Origin: a virus
Taxonomy: Duplodnaviria > Caudoviricetes
Length of the DNA stretch: 64,000 nt
Strand: one strand, 5' to 3'
IMG/VR virus record: IMGVR_UViG_3300033067_001757
Span: 123,244 to 187,243 of that record
The notes under the pieces were generated by a model. It did not search any database, was not told the origin of the DNA, and saw nothing but the letters and a program-made list of their open reading frames with translations. How positions within the stretch are numbered: position 1 is the stretch's first letter; every line of letters starts with the position of its first letter. Position numbers and translations under genes: made by a program. Shown one piece after another: positions 9,501 through 19,391 of the stretch.

Positions 9501-11846
9501 ATGGCCTGAGAAACCATTAGAACCTGTACCACCGAGATATAAATTCTTAATACTCGATGATGTACCATAATCACCCCAAGCGTAGTTATACGATGAGCTT
9601 ACAGATCCTGAAACATACAAACTTGCTGAAGCCTGGTGACCAATACGACCACTTATTTCATTCTTTACAAATACATCATAGTACTGTTCTTCAGAATAAT
9701 GTGCTGATAATTTACTGTATCTTCTACGTAACATAACGTTCCACCAATCTGTATCACCTTGTGAACCTGTTACAAACAGTGGTAACGATACCGAAGATGA
9801 AATATAGCCAGCAGAACCAGATAAACTGAAAATAACATTACCGTAAGGTAACTGATTTACAGGTGCATAATTTATAGTTATACCAAAAGATGGCTGGTTA
9901 CTACCACTGGCTATAACCGAAAGAATAGAAGAACTATAGTTTGTTGTAAATTTATCAGGTTTAAATCGGAATTCTATTGTATCAGGTACAACATCAAATA
10001 CACCGTATTTATATGCATTTTGTGTAAGTGGTGCCCATGGTAATTTTATGTAAGAACTACCACTATTGTACAATGCATAAGTAAAACGATCAAAATTATA
10101 CTCAATGGTCTCAGATGATTTATCTGCACCACCATATTCATTCACGTCGAGTATCGTTGAAGGAATACCGAAAGCTGTAATAAGAGATTTCAGGCCCCGC
10201 GTAGTACCCTTGGATTTTAAAAGATAAGGAGCGTTATGATATATTCTTTTTAATATCTCTTTATAATTGTCTTCTCCTGATATCTGTAACGATGAAGTGA
10301 CCAACGTTTCATAAGAAGATGTTACCGGATTATAACTACCTGAGCTATCAGTTCCTAAAAAATAACGATAAATATCATCATTACTTTTAGAGTTATAAAC
10401 CTTGATACCCATGTTCTGTAGAGCATAGAAAACTACATCCTTGGATATGCCGGTATTTAGATTGTTCTTATTCTTATAAAGATCGTTGATAGATTTTATG
10501 TAAACCCATATATTGTCAAAAAACTGCCCCACCATATTAAGGAAGGTCAGGTAAGGTTGATTATTGGAATCTACTGCAATAAATTCTGGCACAGATAAAA
10601 CAAGAATATCTTGATTCTGTTGATCAAATAAACTCGCTGTTGAGATTTGTCCACCATAGTTGTTTGAATTGTAATCATCGGTACCTAACCAGGTTGTAGC
10701 TTCGGTAGATGCGATTGGGTAAAGAGAATAAGGAAGTGATCCGGATTTGGGCCATGCAGTACTTTCAGAAGCGTAGTACAAATAATTATCGTAACCATCA
10801 AAGTTTTGAATGATATCATTGATACTATTCTGTAAAGTAAAAATGCTGGAACTTACGTTTCTGGCAATATTATAATTAGTAACAGATTGAATTGATTCTA
10901 TATCACTTTGATAAGATTCAATCAATGAAAGTTTATACTTAAAGTTTAAAAGTCTCTCCTTTGCCGATGAGTAATGTACAAAATTATTATAGTCGGTATA
11001 ATCGATGTTTACTGATACAGAACGATCATTAATCTTGTTTAGAAGCTTCTGATAAGTAGCTACATCATTATTAGCCAACAATCCGTCTATAGTAATATAA
11101 TCGGAAGTTCTTATAGAATTATGGTCCTCTTCTATATCAAAATTAGCACCCTTTAAAAACTTGGGTTTAACCTCTTGTATTTCGGGGAATATGTCAACTG
11201 AGTAGATATATGATTCTGATAATTCCTCAACTATCCAGCAAGTATTCTTTAAATCGAATTCGGATGGTAGTGGTTTATATAACTTAATAAGAATAGAATA
11301 AGGATCAGTATTTTTATCCAAAACTACTTTTACAGCGTTTACCTGCTTATTGTCACCAAAATTTAAAAGGAAATCTTTATAATATGGAGATGACTGAAAT
11401 TCATAAATGAAATTCAAAGTACCTGTTTCAATATCACTGTTTGATAAGACATTACTCGAAAGTCTCAGTTCAGTTCTATCAGAAGAAATTTCCTTAATAA
11501 AGAATGGTCTGTCTTTTAAATCAGTTATCTTCTTCCTGTAGAAATTATATTCGATATTATATTTACCAACAGTATAACCCAAGGATTCGATATAAGCACC
11601 CGGGTTCAATTCTACGACATCAGTCAATGACTTATCATTAGCACCCTTGCTACCAGGTACTTTGAAATCGACCATTTTATAATCAGAAAATATAAGGTCG
11701 CCGTTCTCAGTATAAAGATGAGCTTCAATAAAGTCACCAGCTTCACCAAAATTTCTAATGAAATCTTTCGACGCTATAAGTGATTGATCTAAAGTATCAA
11801 ATTTCTTAAACTCCTTATCTGTTATTCTTTCTACTGATAATACCAT
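6513..11846 (-). CDS. large baseplate wedge protein (T4 gp7 / P2 gpI-like, with LamG-like region)
   Basis: 1777 aa; LKSKGTTRGLKSLITAFGIP (KGT motif); FSGHLQEFRYW LamG-like motif; downstream of gp25 and gp6 homologues. Confidence 0.65.
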   Translation of the reverse strand: MVLSVERITDKEFKKFDTLDQSLIASKDFIRNFGEAGDFIEAHLYTENGDLIFSDYKMVDFKVPGSKGANDKSLTDVVELNPGAYIESLGYTVGKYNIEYNFYRKKITDLKDRPFFIKEISSDRTELRLSSNVLSNSDIETGTLNFIYEFQSSPYYKDFLLNFGDNKQVNAVKVVLDKNTDPYSILIKLYKPLPSEFDLKNTCWIVEELSESYIYSVDIFPEIQEVKPKFLKGANFDIEEDHNSIRTSDYITIDGLLANNDVATYQKLLNKINDRSVSVNIDYTDYNNFVHYSSAKERLLNFKYKLSLIESYQSDIESIQSVTNYNIARNVSSSIFTLQNSINDIIQNFDGYDNYLYYASESTAWPKSGSLPYSLYPIASTEATTWLGTDDYNSNNYGGQISTASLFDQQNQDILVLSVPEFIAVDSNNQPYLTFLNMVGQFFDNIWVYIKSINDLYKNKNNLNTGISKDVVFYALQNMGIKVYNSKSNDDIYRYFLGTDSSGSYNPVTSSYETLVTSSLQISGEDNYKEILKRIYHNAPYLLKSKGTTRGLKSLITAFGIPSTILDVNEYGGADKSSETIEYNFDRFTYALYNSGSSYIKLPWAPLTQNAYKYGVFDVVPDTIEFRFKPDKFTTNYSSSILSVIASGSNQPSFGITINYAPVNQLPYGNVIFSLSGSAGYISSSVSLPLFVTGSQGDTDWWNVMLRRRYSKLSAHYSEEQYYDVFVKNEISGRIGHQASASLYVSGSVSSSYNYAWGDYGTSSSIKNLYLGGTGSNGFSGHLQEFRYWSAPLSESAFNSHILNPESIQGNDSGSAYNDLAARFPLGNNLLTYNHYPTGALSSVHPDHNIHFSSGSFTNMLGYGYGIYGTVLYGDSSSFSSSYVISINSASLYNFPDKINYEPFTEFYYTNTPNAVYSNPVTEKVRIVDNVITGSVLSPFLCLEDKPEVELTKDIHLIDASFSPQNEVNKDVIAEYGETINIDDLIGDPSEDFNDSYTGLSNLNKEYRNKYTDKTNYRDYIRVVNFFNNSLFKMIKDYVPARSNLLTGLTIKSPILERPKVKNTVTTVEDYHNYTASIGGYTLTSDSVYTSSYGNGSDFFTGELSGSIIDYKNDFIDKNVNPYNQLSPYAGDYEKFVRSDFNPVINVVSGSRKSLKFQKIDVNNPSIVGETDTQDSNYSLQSYLRPRYDGSKSTSKLYNFYTPGDYSYGKNAAIDFNVEKFAWVSEVNEKNLNIYDKSWVNIKYLINQSGSVIALTKANANLFEVQNTFKSSTDTAVSLLDPLNPTNQHNLNGVQNIFVGGYSFTPIIYREINETMQFDYLNPRFFITGSLGFKAISTSSLRWETVGNEDVSLETTGHWYLNNTLQSLTSFALSNGVPSNWYYPTQIPFSFSGPVVGYNGSTSNMTENPNGAAWYSMDRFLPFTTNTSDGYITTDFTSSIVRAEDGVDNFIAFTAPRQSTYNINVSLPFTFKAPNPDNGGSSFKVVGVLEKKNGSAWNYLAKTTFQIVSIPNHPCWVNAAESFVWFDSRTGDPTWSEAALSVKCVLNNYQISLQQGDEVRLKLYFLDIDLTFAKCDDIRIAIPSDGYFEVYDKINSTIVPITYDVITTSPAIFSLNTDNKTLIFNNSASLFYNNTIFSSSGSSVSSNYSEIDYDFSFQVGDLVRFGTFFTLNATFYEIVQIVDPVITSVSSIPVVTTPLSVVLNQQINSADFSTSRFAVLRKVPDETSVMLNFNKREGKTSSGELIPYNLDLDIRQRIPDIVGPLKSKLLSPVLVIN

Positions 11847-12175
11847 TATATTGACCCTTGTGTCAGGGTGAAGATTTGATTTTTTAATGAAACATTTTCT
11901 AACCTTAAATCTGATATCTCATCTTGTAAATCGGTAAAAGAGATACCTATATATTCCGAACTTTTGTTTATCAACTCAAGATGTGAATTACTACCTGAAA
12001 GTGGTATAACATAAAATAATTCCTCATAATCATCAAAAAAAGAGGATACGGTCGATTCCGGTTTCTCAGCTATTATACTATCTTTTGGAACGAGTTGATT
12101 GAACTCAGTATCCACAACATTTTTGAATGATGTGCGACCAAATATTTTACGTTGTATCAGTGCTTTCTCCGACAT
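11846..12175 (-). CDS. hypothetical structural-module protein with C-terminal coiled coil
   Basis: 109-aa ORF, start/stop overlapping its neighbours. Confidence 0.7.
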   Translation of the reverse strand: MSEKALIQRKIFGRTSFKNVVDTEFNQLVPKDSIIAEKPESTVSSFFDDYEELFYVIPLSGSNSHLELINKSSEYIGISFTDLQDEISDLRLENVSLKNQIFTLTQGSI

Positions 12176-13275
12176 TACTGTTTCACTTTAAAGAAATACT
12201 GATCATCAAAAATAATTGATGAACCGCTGATGATTGTTTTAATAAGTATTTTATAATACCTCTCAGGTTCAAGTCCTTTCATATAAACATCAAAATAATT
12301 ACTAGTAGAATCTGCACTGATCTTTGTATAAACAGTATCAAAATCTATAACGGGTAAATTATTTTTAGCATCCTGTATAGAAAAATAAGATGCACTTGGT
12401 AGATACTTCGTAACTGTATACAATGAGGAGGTGGAAAATGATCTTACCGGAAACTGTTCTCTCACATTTAACCTGAATCTGTATACCTCAGTATCATTAA
12501 AATCTTCCTTATTATTCGAAATAGAAACTCTGATATCCTGGTTTGTAATTGGAGTTCCTGATGCAGTTGAAATGTTGTAAACGGAATCATCCCATCTGAA
12601 TTCTAACACTGGTGGGTAAATCGTATTGGTATCTCTGGAAAAATATGCCAGTTTATATGCATAGTCTTCATCAAATTCCATTGATCCAGAGTTTCTCAAT
12701 ATGAATCCGTTGTTTGTAAGAGAACCTGACAGCATGGCCAAAACAGCACTTGTGACATCCAACGAAATATCTTTCTCAGTGTAAACACCGAATGATTGAG
12801 TTGCTACATAATTTGAATACCAATTCCCACCACCAGGGTTACCAGATGTTGAAATAGCTATTACATTCGCCGGGAATGAACCCGTCATCCAGGCATTTGA
12901 ATTATTAGCGTTCCGATAGGTCCAGCTTACTCCGTCAATAGTGATAGGATAATTTAAATACCGCCCGGTACCCATATCCCAACTCTGATATAAAGGATTA
13001 GCAATAACAGTATAATCGGTCGGTAAATCGGATGCATCGGCTAAAAATATTCTAAGGAATGCTTTAAACTGATTAGATCTCACAACACTTGATGAAACAT
13101 AGTGTAGGTCTGTGTCTGAAAACTTTATTAGAGAACGCGCTACAGTCGATTCATTTGAAAACAACGCACTGGCTTGTTTGGAAAGTTCAAGTATAGGATC
13201 CATCCCGGTATTGGCAGTCGGTGTTTCTGAGTAAATTGTGGCATCTTGTGATGCAAATATTTTATATACAGGCAT
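12175..13275 (-). CDS. DNRLRE/CBM96-like domain virion protein
   Basis: QDATIYS..PTANTG, RSLIKF, LDVTSAV, NNGFIL, FSRDT..PPVLE motifs. Confidence 0.6.
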   Translation of the reverse strand: MPVYKIFASQDATIYSETPTANTGMDPILELSKQASALFSNESTVARSLIKFSDTDLHYVSSSVVRSNQFKAFLRIFLADASDLPTDYTVIANPLYQSWDMGTGRYLNYPITIDGVSWTYRNANNSNAWMTGSFPANVIAISTSGNPGGGNWYSNYVATQSFGVYTEKDISLDVTSAVLAMLSGSLTNNGFILRNSGSMEFDEDYAYKLAYFSRDTNTIYPPVLEFRWDDSVYNISTASGTPITNQDIRVSISNNKEDFNDTEVYRFRLNVREQFPVRSFSTSSLYTVTKYLPSASYFSIQDAKNNLPVIDFDTVYTKISADSTSNYFDVYMKGLEPERYYKILIKTIISGSSIIFDDQYFFKVKQ

Positions 13276-13285
13276 TGATTTTATT

Positions 13286-15160
13286 TTAGTATGTCACAAT
13301 CCTTCCTTGGATATCGTTGTTAGGAAATCTCACTTCAAAACAAGCAGGGTCAATACTGTTGTAAATTACACCCGACCTGGTAGCACCATCAATATCGTAA
13401 GCAAAATCACTGTAACCAGACTCAGCACCGTATTTGTTAATGATCTTCACTTTATTCACACTCTGAACACCTTTAATTTTACCGATGATATTATATATTT
13501 CTGAAAGAATAATACGCTGCCCTATCTGCCAGTTATCGATTTTAAAATGATCTTTAACAGCATCAAGACATAACGACAATACTTCCCTGGAGTTAAATGC
13601 TGGTAAAACTATGATCTCAAAATTGACACCAATGTTGATATAAAAAGCGTTTTTAATATTGATTGCATCATTGGATATACGATAGTATTTTATATAGGTT
13701 TTTATATTTTCCTTTATAGCCAAAGATGCATTTGTAAGCCTTTTGTTGACATCATATGACAAAACATATAAGCTCAAGGCTAATGGATTATTGTCAATGA
13801 ATCCGCTGTTATTTGATGCTATATCTTGTGTTATATAAGCCTTTGCCACAGTACCGAACTTTGCCGGCATAGACAGAACCCTGATAACATGGTCTTCAGG
13901 TGTAACACTTCTCATTTGAGTTGGAAAACTTGCAACGATCTTATTCCTCAAATCCTCAATACTATCACCGTCTCCACCACCAGATGATGGTTTCTCATTA
14001 TTGAATATTACTGTGTTCTTAATGTAATCCAATAAACCCTGATTCAATACACTCGGTGTTATTGATACAGTATTTACATTATACTCATATGGTTGAGAAA
14101 TATCATTCGAAGGAACATTTGTTTCAACACCACCGCCTGATAAATATCTAATGGTTAGTGTTGTGTTTGACGGTGCAATACCATAATCTTTTGTATACAG
14201 AAAATTAGAAGGATCATACGCCTTATTCATCTTCGATATGCTATCAACGATTCCCATACCAACGTTATCTGAATTGGGAATAATAACCTCATCCGGATCA
14301 GTAACGACACCAGAACCAAATTCCAGGTTCAATTTATCAACAGCATCAAACCTTGCAACAAATCTTCTTTGTACCTTCTGTAAACGAAGTATGTATGGTG
14401 TATCATTGTTGTAACGACTTAAAAAAGGATCATTAAGATGGTTATTGTGTACTTCTTCAAATATGGTACTCTGGGCCAGATATGGTACTTCATACCATTT
14501 GTTTCCATCACTATCTACGACATCGAGAATTTGAATTATCTTATTGTCCTGTAACGTTATCGAACTGAATTTCTTAGCATCTCCGAAAGTGAAATCTTCT
14601 GATTTTATTGTACCGGCAACAGCTTTAACCGTCTTCTTTAAAAGATAATACTCTGGTTGATCACCATTAATAGAATAAACAGAAATATCAGTGGGGTCTG
14701 CAGAAGAGGAAAAACTAAAATCAACCAGGTTCTGAGTAACAAAGATCACATTCGAATTTGTCTTTGATTTTATTTTAGCTTCCTTCTCTACGATAAGACA
14801 ATAACTATAATCAGGTGTTGATACGCTGGCGCTGATAAGTGCAGGTATTTGCTGATATACATCGATGTCCACCACTGCTGTTGAAGTAACTTTAGGGAAA
14901 TAACCATGAGCGTATGCCTCAGCTAATAAATTATTTTTCTCTTGAGCATATGCACTAAAATTCTCTTGTATATTCTTGTCGAGATAAAATGAGAGGTTAT
15001 CACCTACTGCGGCTACATGTTCCATGAACATAGTACCGGGATCAGCTTCACCAAAATCGTTATACGTAGTGGGAAAATATGTTTTTGTATACTCCCGTAA
15101 CATAGACATGAATCCTGTAAAATCCCTCGATAAATATTTTATTTCTCTTTTATTTGTCAT
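13286..15160 (-). CDS. gp6: baseplate wedge subunit (T4 gp6 / baseplate J-like)
   Basis: RDF..YFP..YNDF.EADPG.MF.E..A..GD.LSFY, LEFGSG, GGGD.DSIEDLR, QMRSVT.ED. Confidence 0.85.
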   Translation of the reverse strand: MTNKREIKYLSRDFTGFMSMLREYTKTYFPTTYNDFGEADPGTMFMEHVAAVGDNLSFYLDKNIQENFSAYAQEKNNLLAEAYAHGYFPKVTSTAVVDIDVYQQIPALISASVSTPDYSYCLIVEKEAKIKSKTNSNVIFVTQNLVDFSFSSSADPTDISVYSINGDQPEYYLLKKTVKAVAGTIKSEDFTFGDAKKFSSITLQDNKIIQILDVVDSDGNKWYEVPYLAQSTIFEEVHNNHLNDPFLSRYNNDTPYILRLQKVQRRFVARFDAVDKLNLEFGSGVVTDPDEVIIPNSDNVGMGIVDSISKMNKAYDPSNFLYTKDYGIAPSNTTLTIRYLSGGGVETNVPSNDISQPYEYNVNTVSITPSVLNQGLLDYIKNTVIFNNEKPSSGGGDGDSIEDLRNKIVASFPTQMRSVTPEDHVIRVLSMPAKFGTVAKAYITQDIASNNSGFIDNNPLALSLYVLSYDVNKRLTNASLAIKENIKTYIKYYRISNDAINIKNAFYINIGVNFEIIVLPAFNSREVLSLCLDAVKDHFKIDNWQIGQRIILSEIYNIIGKIKGVQSVNKVKIINKYGAESGYSDFAYDIDGATRSGVIYNSIDPACFEVRFPNNDIQGRIVTY

Positions 15161-15163
15161 TTA

Positions 15164-15565
15164 TTATACGAATTGGATTGTTACGGTGTCTTCTTTTTTG
15201 TTTATTGAATATGCAAGCTGTAAATTGATGGTATGACGATCATCATCTGTTAAAATATCAAGCGTTGATATTTCAATCTGCGGAATATACCTTCTAATTC
15301 TATCACTGATAATATCTTTTAGTTGCTCTACCGATGTCATCTGTTCAAACAATGAACGTTTCAAATCGGCACCGAATTCAGGATTAAATGGTCTTTCTCC
15401 ACGATTGGTTAAAAGGAAATTTATAAGATTCGATTTAACCTGGTCCATGGTAGTATATGTGGAATTAAAAACATTCGTCCCACTAAATGGTAATGAAATT
15501 CCGATACCGATGTTCGGCTTTAAATCATCAACCTTTATCTTATACTCTTGCCGGTTACGAAACAT
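15164..15565 (-). CDS. gp25: baseplate wedge subunit / sheath initiator (GPW/gp25 family)
   Basis: NLINFLLTNRGERPFNPEFGADL..LFE motif. Confidence 0.9.
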   Translation of the reverse strand: MFRNRQEYKIKVDDLKPNIGIGISLPFSGTNVFNSTYTTMDQVKSNLINFLLTNRGERPFNPEFGADLKRSLFEQMTSVEQLKDIISDRIRRYIPQIEISTLDILTDDDRHTINLQLAYSINKKEDTVTIQFV

Positions 15566-15978
15566 TATTCTCTTTCCAGTATTGCTTTATAAATATCTGA
15601 TGACATATCGATATCAAATGGAACGTCTAAATTTTCAGGTAAAGTCCCATTCAAAGGATCAACGGTGCCGATAGGTCTAACTACAGCTTTATGAGTATAT
15701 GTACTTGAATCATGTTCATTTACTCTACTCTTCCTTATCGCATTAAAATCAACAGAAGGAGCCTGTTCTTTGATTACACGCTTCTCAGCTTTGTTAATGA
15801 ATGTGTCTGATTGCGTAGGTGATAACCCTTCGGTAATCACTTTAGCCAACAGCAATTTTATCTCCCTAAGATCCTTTTTCAGCAATCCTGGTAATACTTC
15901 TTTAAGTGATTCTTTCACTTGTGTTTGAACGATTTCTTTAATCAGTTCTTTGAATAGACTTAATTCTTGAGATGTCAT
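15565..15978 (-). CDS. hypothetical protein
   Basis: 137-aa ORF preceded by the ATATTTAT motif. Confidence 0.7.
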   Translation of the reverse strand: MTSQELSLFKELIKEIVQTQVKESLKEVLPGLLKKDLREIKLLLAKVITEGLSPTQSDTFINKAEKRVIKEQAPSVDFNAIRKSRVNEHDSSTYTHKAVVRPIGTVDPLNGTLPENLDVPFDIDMSSDIYKAILERE

Positions 15979-15999
15979 GTTGTGTATATAAATATTAGA

Positions 16000-16905
16000 T
16001 TAAGATGTTTTATTCAGTATCGATTTCAACTCATCTATCAATTGTATAGATGTTGAAACTATACTCGGTGCGGTTTGTTGTACTAGTTGGTTGGTTATCT
16101 TTTCGTATGCCCGGCCAATAAGTTTTCGAGTGTCAAACTTTTCAACTTTCAATAAATAGCTTTTACCATCTTCAGAAAAGAAGTCCTCAGATACTGAATC
16201 ATTTCCAGCGGATAGTAGATCCTGACTGATCATACTTTGTGCTTCGCTGTCTGAAATATTATTTCCGCTATTGCTTTCATCAGCGACTTTAACCTGCACT
16301 CTGAGATTATCAAAGCGACTGATTAATGATGCTAATGATGCTTGATTGGATGCCAATTGGGTATCAACAATCTTAGCATATTGGGTAAGCATATCCTTTA
16401 AGAATACAATCTTGATACCTTTCTTGAAAACTTCAAACGCAGCTTTGGTGACAGGGTTAGTTGAGATCAAAACTTCCTGGATATCCAATACCTTTCTTAG
16501 AACTTTAATCGTTTCGTTGATTGTGTTCAGGGTATTTACACTGGATTGTAACAGATGTAAAGTAGTTGTTACCGAATCAATGTTTGATTGAATACGTTGC
16601 TGTTGCAGGCTTAATACGTTAATGTCTTCGGGTTTTACCGTGATGACTATATTGCTTCCAATAAGCTCTATTTTAGCCTTATTATCGCTTGATTTGGCGA
16701 TATTATCAACCAGTTTGGTGATCTTAGTCTCAATATTGGTAGTAACGATATTAATCCGGGACAAAACCTTCTTAAGGGACGCTCCTATAGGATTTTGTAG
16801 TGTAGAGGTCACATTATCCGAAATATTGGTAACAACAGATGCTGGAGCATCATTGGTGCTCGATAAAGTGTTTTTTAAGCTATTTACGGTGTCCTGGGTC
16901 AACAT
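16000..16905 (-). CDS. hypothetical helical virion protein
   Basis: 301-aa ORF, coiled-coil-like, within the baseplate operon. Confidence 0.65.
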   Translation of the reverse strand: MLTQDTVNSLKNTLSSTNDAPASVVTNISDNVTSTLQNPIGASLKKVLSRINIVTTNIETKITKLVDNIAKSSDNKAKIELIGSNIVITVKPEDINVLSLQQQRIQSNIDSVTTTLHLLQSSVNTLNTINETIKVLRKVLDIQEVLISTNPVTKAAFEVFKKGIKIVFLKDMLTQYAKIVDTQLASNQASLASLISRFDNLRVQVKVADESNSGNNISDSEAQSMISQDLLSAGNDSVSEDFFSEDGKSYLLKVEKFDTRKLIGRAYEKITNQLVQQTAPSIVSTSIQLIDELKSILNKTS

Positions 16906-17360
16906 TACAATGAAAAAGTTACCTCTGATTTTATTTTACGAACATTCTTCTGGATATTACTGATATCTAAGCCTAATTTTTGTGCTGCAGCAATGATCAT
17001 AGGAAGATCAACTACACCAACACCCACTCCCACGGAACCACCAAGAGTTGATGAAAAAGATGACAGCGCAGTTAAAATTTGATTGAGGACATCTTCAGTA
17101 GATTGCCCTTTCGCGATTGGTTGTATATCACCTTTACTTGATAAACCAAGTTCAATTCTTGGAGAGTTTAGAATGAATACATTATCCTTAGTATTATTAC
17201 CTTTAGTTCCTACGTTTATGTGAAAACTACCACCGGTAGAAAAACCGATAGTCTTATTGGCCATAACATATACACCATCATTTTTAGCGTTTAACACCAA
17301 ACGATCAGATGATAATATTACCTGGTTAGAATTAAACTTATTGAAATCTATAAAAGACAT
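16905..17360 (-). CDS. baseplate spike protein (gp5 C-terminal beta-helix-like)
   Basis: QVILSSDRLVLNAK..., INSPRIELG-like motif, PIAKG; directly follows the hub gene. Confidence 0.55.
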   Translation of the reverse strand: MSFIDFNKFNSNQVILSSDRLVLNAKNDGVYVMANKTIGFSTGGSFHINVGTKGNNTKDNVFILNSPRIELGLSSKGDIQPIAKGQSTEDVLNQILTALSSFSSTLGGSVGVGVGVVDLPMIIAAAQKLGLDISNIQKNVRKIKSEVTFSL

Positions 17361-19001
17361 TTATACAATCAGTTTAATCGCTTTTTCATAACCTGCAGAT
17401 TTAGCTAATATTGATTTCTCAGTTGGTGTTGAACCCCACCAGGATTTAATATAAAGTTTTGCAAACTCTTCCGATGTTTCTATTTTAGAGAATCCTTTTC
17501 TTGTTAAAGCATCTGACATAAAAAGAATACCGTCGTGTTCACTCGCAAACGCGGCAAATGCCCTAACTCTCACTGAATCCTTTAATATATACTGTCCTAC
17601 AAAAGAAATATTATTGGTACCCTTACCCCATCTTGCACCATCTGTTTGAACACCATAATGGTTATAGTGACCACCAGTTATAAATCCACCACGAGCCTGC
17701 TCATTTATTGCAACTGCTAATACGCTTCTCGCTACGCTTAAATTGAACTTACCCTGTTTATACAACTCTGTAACAATACTTACATAGTCAGTAATTGATA
17801 TTTTAGTTTGCTGATATGAAATAATCTGTAAATCTTTGTACTTACCATTTGCAATACTCTTTTTTATATCGTCCATTTTTGCGTAAATTTTACCGGAACT
17901 ATCCGTATTTGTTGATGTTGTTATATTAAATTCTGAATTGAGTCTGTCGGTTGGATTATCTTCACCTATCAACACAACGTCTTCCGTTTCTTTGAAAAAT
18001 TGATTCTCATTATCTGGGAGAAAGTCAATCTCTTCATTGATACTGGATGAACCAGTAACAGGATTGACGTTAGATGTTTGATATGTAACAGGTGCCGCGT
18101 CAACTATTTGTTCAGAAGAGAAATCTTCAACGATAGAAATTTTATCGTTCTTCGGTTCTACATATTTCGATTTAGGTTTAGCATTAACCTGCTGATGATA
18201 TGAATCAAAATTATTATTACCGGGAATGAAATTTATACTCTGTCCGGATAACATGTATAATGATGATCCATCTTTGTCTATGTCCTCAAATACTGGCAAC
18301 CATGCATCATCGGTGGTAACTTTCTGACCATTACGAATAATAAGCAATGGGTTGTTGTCAGCGCCGTCCCACGGTGTTTTCATTGTAGAATTGGATGATC
18401 CCATTCTTATCGAGTTACCTGTACGACCTTCGATTGTTCTGTCGCCGGGAGAATGAATAAGCTTCCGAACCTGGCCAGTTTCTTTAAACCTTATACCTGT
18501 AGCTGAAGCATTTTTATCACCGGAATTATTGATAACACCTTGCTGAGAATTCTGGTACGATTCGCGTTTCGCGAATTGCGAATTGTTGAACGTGTGATCA
18601 GGTACAGCGTTATGTTCAGGTGAATCCCAGGTAGAAACAATATCATCGTAGTAATACGAAATCTTATAATTCGATTTTGGATCCTGATTCTGATAACTGG
18701 ATGCCGGTACGATTCTCACCATCTCGTTTACAACAGGGAAAAATCTATCGTTAGACTTCAACGGTCTGGCTATTACCGGTGGCCCAGCTTGTAACATGTT
18801 GTTTAGAACTACCCGGCACTCAATCGTTCCAATAGCTTCATATCCACCATAACGGTCAAAACGCTCTTTATCACTGTCATCATATAACACAAATTCTACC
18901 CTGGCAACAAAGCTTTCTTTAAAATTTGGTTGGGATGGTGAGTAATTACCTGCTCTATGCGAAACAATTGCCTGCGTTCCGGTTTTTATTGATGTTTCCA
19001 A
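17361..19001 (-). CDS. baseplate hub/central spike protein with C-terminal lysozyme-fold (glucosaminidase-like) domain
   Basis: OB-fold-like FPVVNEMV, GDRTIEGRTGNSIRMGS, C-terminal AINEQ..NHYGVQ..FAAFAS. Confidence 0.6.
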   Translation of the reverse strand: METSIKTGTQAIVSHRAGNYSPSQPNFKESFVARVEFVLYDDSDKERFDRYGGYEAIGTIECRVVLNNMLQAGPPVIARPLKSNDRFFPVVNEMVRIVPASSYQNQDPKSNYKISYYYDDIVSTWDSPEHNAVPDHTFNNSQFAKRESYQNSQQGVINNSGDKNASATGIRFKETGQVRKLIHSPGDRTIEGRTGNSIRMGSSNSTMKTPWDGADNNPLLIIRNGQKVTTDDAWLPVFEDIDKDGSSLYMLSGQSINFIPGNNNFDSYHQQVNAKPKSKYVEPKNDKISIVEDFSSEQIVDAAPVTYQTSNVNPVTGSSSINEEIDFLPDNENQFFKETEDVVLIGEDNPTDRLNSEFNITTSTNTDSSGKIYAKMDDIKKSIANGKYKDLQIISYQQTKISITDYVSIVTELYKQGKFNLSVARSVLAVAINEQARGGFITGGHYNHYGVQTDGARWGKGTNNISFVGQYILKDSVRVRAFAAFASEHDGILFMSDALTRKGFSKIETSEEFAKLYIKSWWGSTPTEKSILAKSAGYEKAIKLIV

Positions 19002-19379
19002 TTAAGCTACTCCAATTGCTTTACCTGTTATCGCTGCATTTTCTGCAGAAAGTTGTTCTGATAATTTGAGAAGCTGATCACGCTCATCATCTGTCATATT
19101 GGTATCACCGGTTTCTTTACCGCGATCTAAACCTTTCTGGATGATTCCGACCATATCGATCAATAGTTTATCATTTTTGATACCGGATTCTACATATGAA
19201 TGAACAAGTGGAGTAACCCTCAAACCATCATTGAGATTACCTGGTTGTATCAAGTTTCTGAGCTGCTCTATCATAGAGTTAAGCTGGGTCTCTTTGTTCT
19301 TGGTTCTTTCATAAATTTCCTTCAGTAGATCACTGTATTTCTTATTCCCAAAAACCTTTGTATCGAAATCGGTAGCCAT
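19002..19379 (-). CDS. conserved hypothetical phage protein
   Basis: 125-aa helical ORF preceded by ATATTTAT. Confidence 0.7.
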   Translation of the reverse strand: MATDFDTKVFGNKKYSDLLKEIYERTKNKETQLNSMIEQLRNLIQPGNLNDGLRVTPLVHSYVESGIKNDKLLIDMVGIIQKGLDRGKETGDTNMTDDERDQLLKLSEQLSAENAAITGKAIGVA

Positions 19380-19391
19380 ATATATTCATTT

